DNA from: a virus
Lineage: Duplodnaviria > Caudoviricetes
Virus record (IMG/VR): IMGVR_UViG_3300037419_000894
Coordinates: 10,242-74,241 of that record
DNA: 64,000 bases
Reading direction: 5' to 3' (one strand)
Shown: in pieces, positions 19,095 to 27,158 of the stretch
How positions within the stretch are numbered: position 1 is the first letter of the stretch
How the letters are laid out: every line of letters begins with the position of its first letter
Notes under the pieces: model-generated
What the model was told of the DNA's origin: nothing
The model's database searches: none
The model's input: only the letters and a program-made list of their open reading frames with translations
Program-made: the position numbers and the translations under genes

Positions 19095-20882
19095 ATGTCG
19101 GCGCCTCTTATCCCTCGGGACTACCAAACCGAGGCAGTCAACTCTATTTGGCACTATTTTCAGACGCATGCTACGGGTAATCCGGTTGTCGCATTGCCAA
19201 CAGGCACAGGCAAGGCATTTTGCATTGCCCTATTCCTGCAACAAGTGCTGATGCAATACCCTAACCAGCGTATTCTGATCGTCACGCACAGCAAAGAGCT
19301 TATCGGACAGAACTACGAGGAGTTCCTAGGGCTGTGGCCAACCGCACCAGCCGGCATCTTTAGTGCTGGTCTTAAGCGTAAAGACTTGTTCAACCGCATT
19401 ACGTTTTGCGGCATCGCGTCTATTAACAAGCACATAGAGAAGTTTGGTCACGTTGACCTCATGCTTGTGGACGAGTGTGATCTGATCAGCGATAAAGAAA
19501 CCACGATGTACCGCAAGGTCATTGCGAAGCTGACAGAAGTTAACAAGTACCTCAAGCTTGTCGGTTTCACCGCAACCCCGTGGCGCACTGGTCAGGGTAT
19601 GATTACGGACGAAGGTGGTATCTTTACAGATATCTGCTTCAACGCTACGGACATGGCTTCTTTCAATTGGTTTATTGAAGAAGGCTATCTCATTCCACTT
19701 GTATCGCCTATTACCAGCACCTTTATTAATCTTGAAGGCGTGCACGTCCGCGGTGGAGAGTTTGTAGAAAAAGAACTCCAAAAAGCATCCAGCAACGACG
19801 AAGTCACATTTGCAGCAGTTCAAGAAACTGTAGCAGGTGGGTTGGCTCGGAACCGTGAACATTGGCTCGTGTTTGCCACAGGTGTCGCAAATACAGTCAA
19901 GGTAACCGAGATGCTTCAGTATCTGGGTATCCCCGCGCGCTGTGTCCACAGCAATATGTCGGACGGCGAACGCGACCAGAACATCAAGGACTGGAAGGAC
20001 GGCAAGTTCACTGCAATGGTGAACAACGGTATCTTGACCACAGGCGTCAACTACAAAAAGATTGACTTCATCATTATGTTGCGCGGCACAGCATCGTCCC
20101 GCTTGTGGGTGCAGATGCTTGGTCGTGGAACTCGACCAGACTACGCTCCCGGTTACGACCTCACCACTAAAGCTGGACGCCTAGCTGCCATTGCTGCCAG
20201 CCAGAAGCATGATTGCTTGGTCTTTGACTTTGCACGTAACGTAGAGCGGCTTGGACCGATTAATGACCCTGTTATTCCAAAACAGAAGGGTAAGGGAACG
20301 GGTGAATTACCCATCAAAACCTGCGATACCGAGAAGCTGCTGCAACCGGACGATAAAAATGCACCGAAACTCAAAGGTTGTGGGATGTACAACCATCCGA
20401 GCGCGCGGTTCTGTGGAGGTCACCCTTTTAAGACAGAGTTTGGTTGTGGCGCCGAGTTCAGCTTCAAGAGCAAAATTGTGGCCGAGGCGAGCACTGGTGA
20501 GCTTATCCGTACGGTTAAAGAGGACGATGCTCCAGTCTTCAAAGAGTTTGTGGTCAAACACATCACTTACGATATCCACCGGAAGATTGGCAAACCTGAA
20601 TGCCTGCGCGTCACTTACTGGTGTGGTAATCAGAAGTTCAACGACTTTGTGTTTTTTGAGCACGAAGGCGGGGCACAGCGAAAAGCCCGTAAGTGGTGGG
20701 CAGAGCGAACAAGTGCCGAGTTTCCATCAAGCACCGCCAAGGCTCATGAACAAATTCACATGCTGCTTGAGCCGAAAGCTGTCAAGGTCTGGATGAACTG
20801 CCACCCATATCCTAAAGTTCACCAAGTAAGTTTTACTGGAGCCTTCCAAAAACCAATCGTTGGGGATGAAGTTCCTTTTTAA
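19095..20882 (+). CDS. superfamily 2 helicase (YejH/RadD-like)
   Basis: LPTGTGK, LVDEC, GFTATP, LTTGVN, QMLGRGTR, C-terminal Cys cluster. Confidence 0.9.
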   Translation: MSAPLIPRDYQTEAVNSIWHYFQTHATGNPVVALPTGTGKAFCIALFLQQVLMQYPNQRILIVTHSKELIGQNYEEFLGLWPTAPAGIFSAGLKRKDLFNRITFCGIASINKHIEKFGHVDLMLVDECDLISDKETTMYRKVIAKLTEVNKYLKLVGFTATPWRTGQGMITDEGGIFTDICFNATDMASFNWFIEEGYLIPLVSPITSTFINLEGVHVRGGEFVEKELQKASSNDEVTFAAVQETVAGGLARNREHWLVFATGVANTVKVTEMLQYLGIPARCVHSNMSDGERDQNIKDWKDGKFTAMVNNGILTTGVNYKKIDFIIMLRGTASSRLWVQMLGRGTRPDYAPGYDLTTKAGRLAAIAASQKHDCLVFDFARNVERLGPINDPVIPKQKGKGTGELPIKTCDTEKLLQPDDKNAPKLKGCGMYNHPSARFCGGHPFKTEFGCGAEFSFKSKIVAEASTGELIRTVKEDDAPVFKEFVVKHITYDIHRKIGKPECLRVTYWCGNQKFNDFVFFEHEGGAQRKARKWWAERTSAEFPSSTAKAHEQIHMLLEPKAVKVWMNCHPYPKVHQVSFTGAFQKPIVGDEVPF

Positions 20883-20889
20883 AATCATT

Positions 20890-20916
20890 TTGCGTTAGCG
20901 CAAACCCGTGTATAAT
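20890..20916 (+). promoter_or_regulatory. putative promoter/operator, copy 2 of TTGCGTTAGCGCAAA
   Basis: 15-mer at 20890-20904 followed by TATAAT at 20911-20916 (15-nt spacer from TTGCGT). Confidence 0.55.
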
Positions 20917-20959
20917 TAATTGTGCTAAAAATATTTAACTCGGCAGAAAGGAACTAACT

Positions 20960-21502
20960 GTGTTGTCCAATTCCCAAAATTACATCTGCACTGCCACAGG
21001 CGGTTTCTTCAACTTTGATGAACCTGAACAGAACGTTTTCAATATTCGTGATATTGCACACGCGCTGTCGCGTATCTGCCGCTTCACCGGGCATACGAGT
21101 CGCCATTACTCTGTCGCCCAGCATTCGGTGATGGTATCCCATATTGTTCCGCCCAAGTTTGCGCTGCAAGGTCTAATGCACGACGGATCGGAAGCATACC
21201 TCGGGGATGTGTCTTCGCCTCTCAAGCGTTTGCTGCCCGATTACAGGCGTATTGAAAAGCGTGTAGAAGCTGCTCTTTTCTCCGCATTTGGATTACCAGA
21301 TCAACTAGACGAATCTGTCAAGAAGGCAGACATGATACTCCTTGCCACTGAGCGCCGCGATTTCATGCCTGTAACGTGGGACAAATGGGAGTGCTTGACC
21401 GGTGTGCAACCTCTTGAAAAGAAAATCATACCGTGGTCGAACGACGGTGCGAAGCTTGCCTTCCTGACCCGGTTTGAAGAGCTTATTTCTGGTAAGGCAT
21501 AA
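20960..21502 (+). CDS. HD-domain phosphohydrolase (YfbR/YfdR-like 5'-deoxynucleotidase)
   Basis: IAHALS-x-x-CRF-x-GH, YSVAQHS, LMHDGSEAYLGD, KKAD...LATERRD. Confidence 0.85.
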   Translation: MLSNSQNYICTATGGFFNFDEPEQNVFNIRDIAHALSRICRFTGHTSRHYSVAQHSVMVSHIVPPKFALQGLMHDGSEAYLGDVSSPLKRLLPDYRRIEKRVEAALFSAFGLPDQLDESVKKADMILLATERRDFMPVTWDKWECLTGVQPLEKKIIPWSNDGAKLAFLTRFEELISGKA

Positions 21503-21504
21503 CC

Positions 21505-22239
21505 ATGTTTATTCTGTTGGACCTCGAAGAGATGTGCGTGCGCTACCGACATCCAAATCAGAACGTGCTCTTTAATCTTATGACTATCGAGTTCACGAAT
21601 GCGGCGGTAGCATGCCAAGCAGACGACGATCCTGCGTCGTTCACGCGTTACACGGACCTGGAGCTCAAACTCTTGTTCCAAAACCTTACCGGACAAAAGT
21701 ACACGGGCTACAGCCGGGAAATTCTGGTCAAGACCATTATTGCACTCATTGCAACCATTGAACCCGTGCAAGTCAATGCGTTGGAGCTGCGTGCGCAATC
21801 TCTGCACATCAAGGATGAGGAGCAAGGCTTCTTTAAGTACGTGCCTGGGCGCGTTTCGCCTACCCCGATGCCTGATGGTTACAAACCGCAAGCGCTTACA
21901 GCGCGCGCTGGGGTTGCCCCCATAGTTACCCCTAACCCTCCCGCTTTAACGCTGCCTGCGCGCGCTACGCAAGCGGCAGCTACCCCCGCACCAGCGCCGC
22001 AGCGCACCGCTAACCACACTCCAGCGGAGGCGCCCAAAGCTGGAGGTAAGACTGCTAGGGTTTGGGAGATTGCTGACCGGCAATTGCAACTCCAGCGTGA
22101 GGCAAATGAGAAGACTGGTGCAGCGTTAGACCTGAAAGCTCTACGCAAAGCTGTTGCAGCAGCCTGCGAAGCTGAGGGAGTGAACCCAAGTACCATGAGT
22201 GTCCAATTTTCCAAGTGGAAGAGCACCAAAAATTTGTAA
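21505..22239 (+). CDS. hypothetical protein with putative C-terminal DNA-binding domain
   Basis: C terminus RVWEIAD...EGVNPSTMSVQFSKWK is similar to the C terminus of 22348..22944. Confidence 0.7.
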   Translation: MFILLDLEEMCVRYRHPNQNVLFNLMTIEFTNAAVACQADDDPASFTRYTDLELKLLFQNLTGQKYTGYSREILVKTIIALIATIEPVQVNALELRAQSLHIKDEEQGFFKYVPGRVSPTPMPDGYKPQALTARAGVAPIVTPNPPALTLPARATQAAATPAPAPQRTANHTPAEAPKAGGKTARVWEIADRQLQLQREANEKTGAALDLKALRKAVAAACEAEGVNPSTMSVQFSKWKSTKNL

Positions 22240-22257
22240 GTATCCAGAAAAAATCGC

Positions 22258-22286
22258 TTGCCCCGCATTAAAGGCTTTGTTATAGT
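22258..22286 (+). promoter_or_regulatory. sigma70-like promoter
   Basis: TTGCCC-17 nt-TATAGT with TG extension. Confidence 0.65.
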
Positions 22287-22347
22287 AATCACTCGCAGCC
22301 AAATTATTCACCTGTAGTTCATCTCAAACCACAACTAGGGAGTCATC

Positions 22348-22944
22348 ATGGAAAACCAAGCCGCCCCGGTCGAAAAGACCGCCGAACAAATCGAAGCTGA
22401 AAACAAAGCTGCTGCAAAAGCTGCTGCTGACGCCGCCAAGGCTGAAGCTAAAGCCCAAAAGGAAGCTGCAAAAGCTGCCGCTGATGCTGCCAAGAAAGAA
22501 GCCAAAGAAAAGGCCGATGCTGCGCGCGCTGAAGCTAAGAAAGCCAAAGAAGAGGCTGCTGCCGCCGCCAAGAAGGCTAAGGAAGATGCCGCTGCTGCCG
22601 CTGCCAAAGCAAAGGCTGATGCTGCCGCTGCTAAGCAAGCCGAAAAGACCAAGGTCGTCATGCCCAGCCAGAACGGCATCACCCGCCCGAAAGCAGACGG
22701 CGCCTGCGGAAAGGTCTGGGCCCTGGCCGACGCTGAATCCGCACGTCTGCAACAACCGGTGCCGATCTCGAATCTGCTGACCGCCGCCCGCGCTGCTGGC
22801 CTGAACGACGCGACTACCCGCACGCAGTACGCCCGCTGGAAGACCTTCAACGGCGTATTCGGCTCGGTGCCGAAGATTGTCGAAGTTGCGCCGGCCGCTG
22901 CTGAAACTGCATCGAACGACCAAACCAACACCGCAGCCGCCTAA
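22348..22944 (+). CDS. Ala/Lys-rich histone H1-like protein with globular C-terminal domain
   Basis: about 90 aa of AKA/EAK repeats, then KVWALAD...AGLNDATTRTQYARWK; GGGAG RBS; highly biased codons. Confidence 0.75.
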   Translation: MENQAAPVEKTAEQIEAENKAAAKAAADAAKAEAKAQKEAAKAAADAAKKEAKEKADAARAEAKKAKEEAAAAAKKAKEDAAAAAAKAKADAAAAKQAEKTKVVMPSQNGITRPKADGACGKVWALADAESARLQQPVPISNLLTAARAAGLNDATTRTQYARWKTFNGVFGSVPKIVEVAPAAAETASNDQTNTAAA

Positions 22945-23083
22945 TTCGGCGCCGGCCTGGTCCAAGTAGTTGTAGCAAAGAAAACGCGAGCGCCCTCCTC
23001 CACTCATAGACGCTCGCGCTTTCCCCTCCTATAAACCCGTACTCGACAAGCTAAGGGCTTGCTCGATCCTCGTGAGGTTGTCA

Positions 23084-23812
23084 ATGATTCCTATCAACAC
23101 CCAAGCGCCTGAAAAACGGCGCCAAGCTGACGACGGCTCCAGCTTGGAGGTGCACTCCCTCTTCTACACAATCCAAGGCGAAGGACCGTACTGCGGTTAT
23201 CCGTCCGTGTTTGTGCGGCTGGCCGGGTGCAACCTTCAATGCCCGTCCTGTGACACGGAGTACACCGAAGGTCGCGAGCATTTGCACATCCACATCCTCG
23301 GTCCCAGCGCATGCAGGCTCTTTCCCAAAGAAATGAACCACAAGCTTGTGGTCATTACCGGTGGTGAACCCTTCCGCCAAAACATTGGTCCGTTTGTAAA
23401 AGGATTGATTGCAAACGGGACGCATGTTCAGATCGAAACAAACGGCACGCTCGCACCATCCGAAGAGTTCCTTGAGGTGATCAACAAACACCCTGACGAC
23501 GTCACGATCGTTTGCAGCCCAAAGGCTGGCAAGGTCAACCCGTCTCTGTGGCCACACATCGACGCCTACAAGTACGTGCTGGATTATAACAGCATGGACC
23601 TCGACGGCCTACCGATCCGTGCGCTTAACCACACATGCGCCCCGCGCGTCGCTCGTCCCCACGAAGGGTTCAACGGTCCGATCTATCTGCAACCAATGGA
23701 CCCAAAGCATGACGCGGATTACATGCGCAACGTCCGCGCTGTCAAGCGTAGCTGTATGCAGCACGGATACATCCTCCAATTGCAGATCCACAAAATCATA
23801 GGGGTCGAATAA
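23084..23812 (+). CDS. queE: 7-carboxy-7-deazaguanine synthase (radical SAM)
   Basis: FYTIQGEG, FVRLAGCNLQCPSCDT, VVITGGEP, IETNG, LQIHK. Confidence 0.92.
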   Translation: MIPINTQAPEKRRQADDGSSLEVHSLFYTIQGEGPYCGYPSVFVRLAGCNLQCPSCDTEYTEGREHLHIHILGPSACRLFPKEMNHKLVVITGGEPFRQNIGPFVKGLIANGTHVQIETNGTLAPSEEFLEVINKHPDDVTIVCSPKAGKVNPSLWPHIDAYKYVLDYNSMDLDGLPIRALNHTCAPRVARPHEGFNGPIYLQPMDPKHDADYMRNVRAVKRSCMQHGYILQLQIHKIIGVE

Positions 23813-23997
23813 TGGCGGGTGCTAAATCTAACGTTATCGTCCAAAAGGCTTTTCAAATGGTCCTTACCTTGGACGAGGACGAGGTTCGTATGTTAAAGGG
23901 TATGGTGCAGAATCCTTACCATCCGGACGAAACTCAAAAAGAAGCGGACCTCCGCGCCACAATCCACAACGCAATCTTTGCAATGGGAGTCATGTAA
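23812..23997 (+). CDS. hypothetical protein
   Basis: TAATG coupling at both ends. Confidence 0.55.
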   Translation: MAGAKSNVIVQKAFQMVLTLDEDEVRMLKGMVQNPYHPDETQKEADLRATIHNAIFAMGVM

Positions 23998-24218
23998 TGT
24001 CTAAGAAACAAAAGCGCGTCTTCGCGTACAGCAATCTGCCGGCTCGCCCGGGCAACGTGCTCACGCAGGCAATTGCAGTGGGCCTGCTCATGGACCGCTT
24101 GAATGCGCCGGGCTGGGTGTGGGGCGCAGTGGGCCTGTTTTACGCACTCATCTTCATTGTTGCCATTGTTGCTTCGTTCACTCAAGTCCAGATCGATTAC
24201 TTCAACAACGAGAAATAA
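23997..24218 (+). CDS. small membrane protein
   Basis: two hydrophobic segments; TAATG coupling. Confidence 0.6.
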   Translation: MSKKQKRVFAYSNLPARPGNVLTQAIAVGLLMDRLNAPGWVWGAVGLFYALIFIVAIVASFTQVQIDYFNNEK

Positions 24219-24219
24219 C

Positions 24220-25017
24220 ATGTCCAAACAGAAAGCTCTCGTCGTGCTGAGCGGCGGCCAAGACTCCACTACCTGCCTAGCCTGGGCTATTGCCCAAGGC
24301 TTCGACGTCCACACCATCACCTTCGATTACGGTCAAAAGCACGCAATTGAAATTGCGTCAGCGTTCAAGGTTGCCAAGATTCTTGGTATCCCGCCGGCCA
24401 AAATGGAACTGGTCCAACTCGGTGAAGGCATCCTTGCGGGTACGTCGCCGCTGGTCAACCGGGCGGTTGAGCTCGAGCAGTATGCTGATCACCACAGTCT
24501 GCCTGGCGGCCTGGAAAAGACGTTCGTGCCGATGCGCAACCAACTGTTCCTGACCGTCGCTGCGAATCGCGCCTATGTCATGGGCTGCAACGTGCTGGTG
24601 ACGGGCGTCTGCCAAGAAGACTCCGGCGGCTACCCTGACTGCCGTGCGGTGTTTATCAACGCCTTGCAAAGTACGATCAACCACGGCACGTTCACCGGCG
24701 AACCGGGCACCCTGCCGCCGCTGCGTATCCTTACCCCGCTGATGTTCCTCACCAAGGCGCAGTCGGTCAAGCTGGCTATGGAACTGCCAGGCTGCATGGA
24801 AGCGCTCGCGTATAGTCATACCAGCTACGACGGCGCCTATCCTCCGGTCGGACACGATCACGCAACCCTGCTGCGCGCCAAGGGGTTCGAAGAGGCTGGC
24901 GTGCCTGACCCGTTGGTCGTGCGTGCGTGGAAGGAGGGCTTGATGGATTTGCCTAAAACCCGGAATTATAATAATGTGATCCCGAATATGGAGGCTGCAC
25001 AAAGGGCAGTGGAATAA
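24220..25017 (+). CDS. queC: 7-cyano-7-deazaguanine (preQ0) synthase, variant lacking Zn-ligand cysteines
   Basis: VVLSGGQDSTT, FDYGQKH, TFVPMRN, GVCQEDSGGYPDCR, TPLM-x-x-TK. Confidence 0.92.
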   Translation: MSKQKALVVLSGGQDSTTCLAWAIAQGFDVHTITFDYGQKHAIEIASAFKVAKILGIPPAKMELVQLGEGILAGTSPLVNRAVELEQYADHHSLPGGLEKTFVPMRNQLFLTVAANRAYVMGCNVLVTGVCQEDSGGYPDCRAVFINALQSTINHGTFTGEPGTLPPLRILTPLMFLTKAQSVKLAMELPGCMEALAYSHTSYDGAYPPVGHDHATLLRAKGFEEAGVPDPLVVRAWKEGLMDLPKTRNYNNVIPNMEAAQRAVE

Positions 25018-25517
25018 TGACTTATCAATCAACTAAGACATTCGGTCACGAGCTCGGCCTGTCCGCATGCTTCCGGCAGCATGCAGCAACTCACTCGCAT
25101 TGCTCACTTTTGCACGGCTACGCGCTGTCGTTCAAGTTTGTCTTTGAAGCGGACACTCTAGACGACCGTAATTGGGTCCAAGACTTCGGGGGTTTAAGAG
25201 AACTGAAGCGCCAGCTGCAAGCAACCTTTGACCACAAGCTTGTTGTCGCTGAAGATGATCCAAACTTGGACGCAATCTGCTCTCTCAACGGCACAATTGC
25301 AGATGTGCTGCTATTGCCCGCTGTTGGATGCGAAGCCTTTGCAAAGCTGGCTTATGATATGGCAGTGCAGGTCATCCAAAATGCCAATAACAGGGAGTTC
25401 GTAGCCAAGCGCGCGAAAGGTTTGGTGTGGGCAGAAAGTAATCGCGTCCGCGTTGTCTCGTGCGAGTGTGCTGAACACGGCGCCAATAGCGCCATTTATA
25501 TCGGAGAAAAGAAGTAA
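25017..25517 (+). CDS. queD: 6-carboxy-5,6,7,8-tetrahydropterin synthase
   Basis: SHCSLLHGY, WVQDFGGL, FDHK, VGCEAFA, EHGANSA. Confidence 0.9.
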   Translation: MTYQSTKTFGHELGLSACFRQHAATHSHCSLLHGYALSFKFVFEADTLDDRNWVQDFGGLRELKRQLQATFDHKLVVAEDDPNLDAICSLNGTIADVLLLPAVGCEAFAKLAYDMAVQVIQNANNREFVAKRAKGLVWAESNRVRVVSCECAEHGANSAIYIGEKK

Positions 25518-26155
25518 TGGAATACCTTCACAAAGACATGGTTGAAATCGACGGTGTGCAGTACGTCCCGGTGACCGATTTCGACAACGACCGGCAACTC
25601 GTCGAGCGCGATGAGATTGTGCGAGCACTTCTTCGCATGGTTGGTGAAGATCCACAACGCGGCGGTCTGCTGGAGACCCCGAACCGTGTGGTTAAAGCTT
25701 GGCAAGCGTGGACGTGCGGTTACAGAATGCAGCCAGCTGATATCCTGAAGGTCTTCGAGGATGGCGCCGAGAACTGCGATGAAATGGTGGTGCGCAAAGA
25801 CATCCCCATCTACTCGCACTGCGAACATCACCTCGCACCGATCATCGGCCGCTGCACAATCGCCTATATCCCGAACGGCAAGATTGTCGGCTTGTCGAAG
25901 ATGGACCGCCTGGCGGACGTTTTTGCTCGACGCTTGCAAGTGCAGGAGCGCATGACCAACCAAATCGCTGATGCAATGTACGAGCATCTGCAACCCAAGG
26001 GCGTCGGCGTGTGGATCAGCGCGCGTCACATGTGTGTCGAGTCACGCGGCGTCCGCAACTCCAACAGCGAAACGGTGACGAGCGCTCTGCGCGGCGTCTT
26101 CAAGTCGGAAGCAGCAACGCGCGCTGAATTCCTATCGCTGGTGCAGGGGCGCTAG
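25517..26155 (+). CDS. folE: GTP cyclohydrolase I
   Basis: GEDPQRGGLLETPNRV, SHCEHH, GLSK, RRLQVQER, HMCVESRGV. Confidence 0.95.
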   Translation: MEYLHKDMVEIDGVQYVPVTDFDNDRQLVERDEIVRALLRMVGEDPQRGGLLETPNRVVKAWQAWTCGYRMQPADILKVFEDGAENCDEMVVRKDIPIYSHCEHHLAPIIGRCTIAYIPNGKIVGLSKMDRLADVFARRLQVQERMTNQIADAMYEHLQPKGVGVWISARHMCVESRGVRNSNSETVTSALRGVFKSEAATRAEFLSLVQGR

Positions 26156-26162
26156 TCCAGCT

Positions 26163-26420
26163 ATGACCACACTTGTCAAAGAGGAGTATCTGGTCTTTAA
26201 CTATGTAGTTGAAGAGATGTTTTACTTTCACCAGAGCAACGCGAAACGCTGGCCTGCTTGCGTAGAACTGCCCGAGCCCCTCTTTGGCAAGTTGGTCAAG
26301 CAGAACTTTCCAGCGCTAGCATTCGTGTCTCACGTTGAGATCAACGCGGTTCCAGTTTTTCCTGTTAAACAGGCTTATCCGTCGTTTATCGACGAGTACG
26401 GTATTCGACACTTCATCTAG
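26163..26420 (+). CDS. hypothetical protein
   Basis: 85 aa ORF between folE and the lipoprotein gene. Confidence 0.55.
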   Translation: MTTLVKEEYLVFNYVVEEMFYFHQSNAKRWPACVELPEPLFGKLVKQNFPALAFVSHVEINAVPVFPVKQAYPSFIDEYGIRHFI

Positions 26421-26430
26421 GGAGAAAAAA

Positions 26431-26820
26431 ATGAATAAAAACGCCGTCATCACAATCCTGCTCTTTTGTGCAGCCATTATCTTAGCTCTGCTGAGCGGCT
26501 GCAATAACTCGCCAAGTGTCGCGCCACCGCCATCGGTCGTCTATCAGCAACAACCTCAACCGCCAGCCTACCAGCAGCAACCGGTCATCATCCAGCAAGC
26601 GGCGCCACAACAGGCTCATTCGGACACCGGGGCACTGCTCACGGGCGCTGCGCTCGGCGCGCTTGCAACCCATGCAATGACCACACCCAGCCGGCAAGCG
26701 GTTGCTCCTGCACCTGTCATCAACCGCACCGTTATCAAGAAGACCGTCGTTGTGAATCGTTACGTCCCGCCGTCGCGTCCGGTGTCGAGCCCTCAGATGT
26801 CCAGCTTCCGCAAGCGTTAA
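26431..26820 (+). CDS. putative lipoprotein, Gln/Pro-rich
   Basis: GGGAG RBS; signal peptide with lipobox LSGC; second hydrophobic segment GALLTGAALGALA. Confidence 0.7.
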   Translation: MNKNAVITILLFCAAIILALLSGCNNSPSVAPPPSVVYQQQPQPPAYQQQPVIIQQAAPQQAHSDTGALLTGAALGALATHAMTTPSRQAVAPAPVINRTVIKKTVVVNRYVPPSRPVSSPQMSSFRKR

Positions 26821-26934
26821 AACGCGCTGTACGCTGCGCAACTTACGGGGTACACTTGCATACGTGCACCCCGCTTTGAACCGCTTGCCAGCGCTGTACG
26901 TGCGCGGCAGCAGTACCCTAACCGGACCAACACC

Positions 26935-27156
26935 ATGCAAGCATTAGAGTTCATTATTTCTATCAGGCCTGCTGTTCCGTTCTCAGTGGAGAAGCCATGC
27001 CAGCCTGCTAGCAATAGCGAGATTCGACGCTGGTTTAACAACAGAGCTATACGTATCAACGGAACATTCCCAAATTGGAATGACACCGTAGTGTTACCAG
27101 TTAGTGACCTAGTATTCTTCCCTAAGTCCGTCAATCGTAGAACAACTATCTTTTGA
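26935..27156 (+). CDS. S4-like small domain protein
   Basis: SNSEIRRWFNNRAIRING resembles the S4 RNA-binding motif. Confidence 0.55.
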   Translation: MQALEFIISIRPAVPFSVEKPCQPASNSEIRRWFNNRAIRINGTFPNWNDTVVLPVSDLVFFPKSVNRRTTIF

Positions 27157-27158
27157 CC

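Noticed and set aside
12903-21502. 2-aminoadenine (Z) genome suggested by MazG-like plus HD genes
   Set aside because: No purZ/adenylosuccinate-synthetase-like gene, and the polymerase is family B, with a que/dpdA cluster instead.
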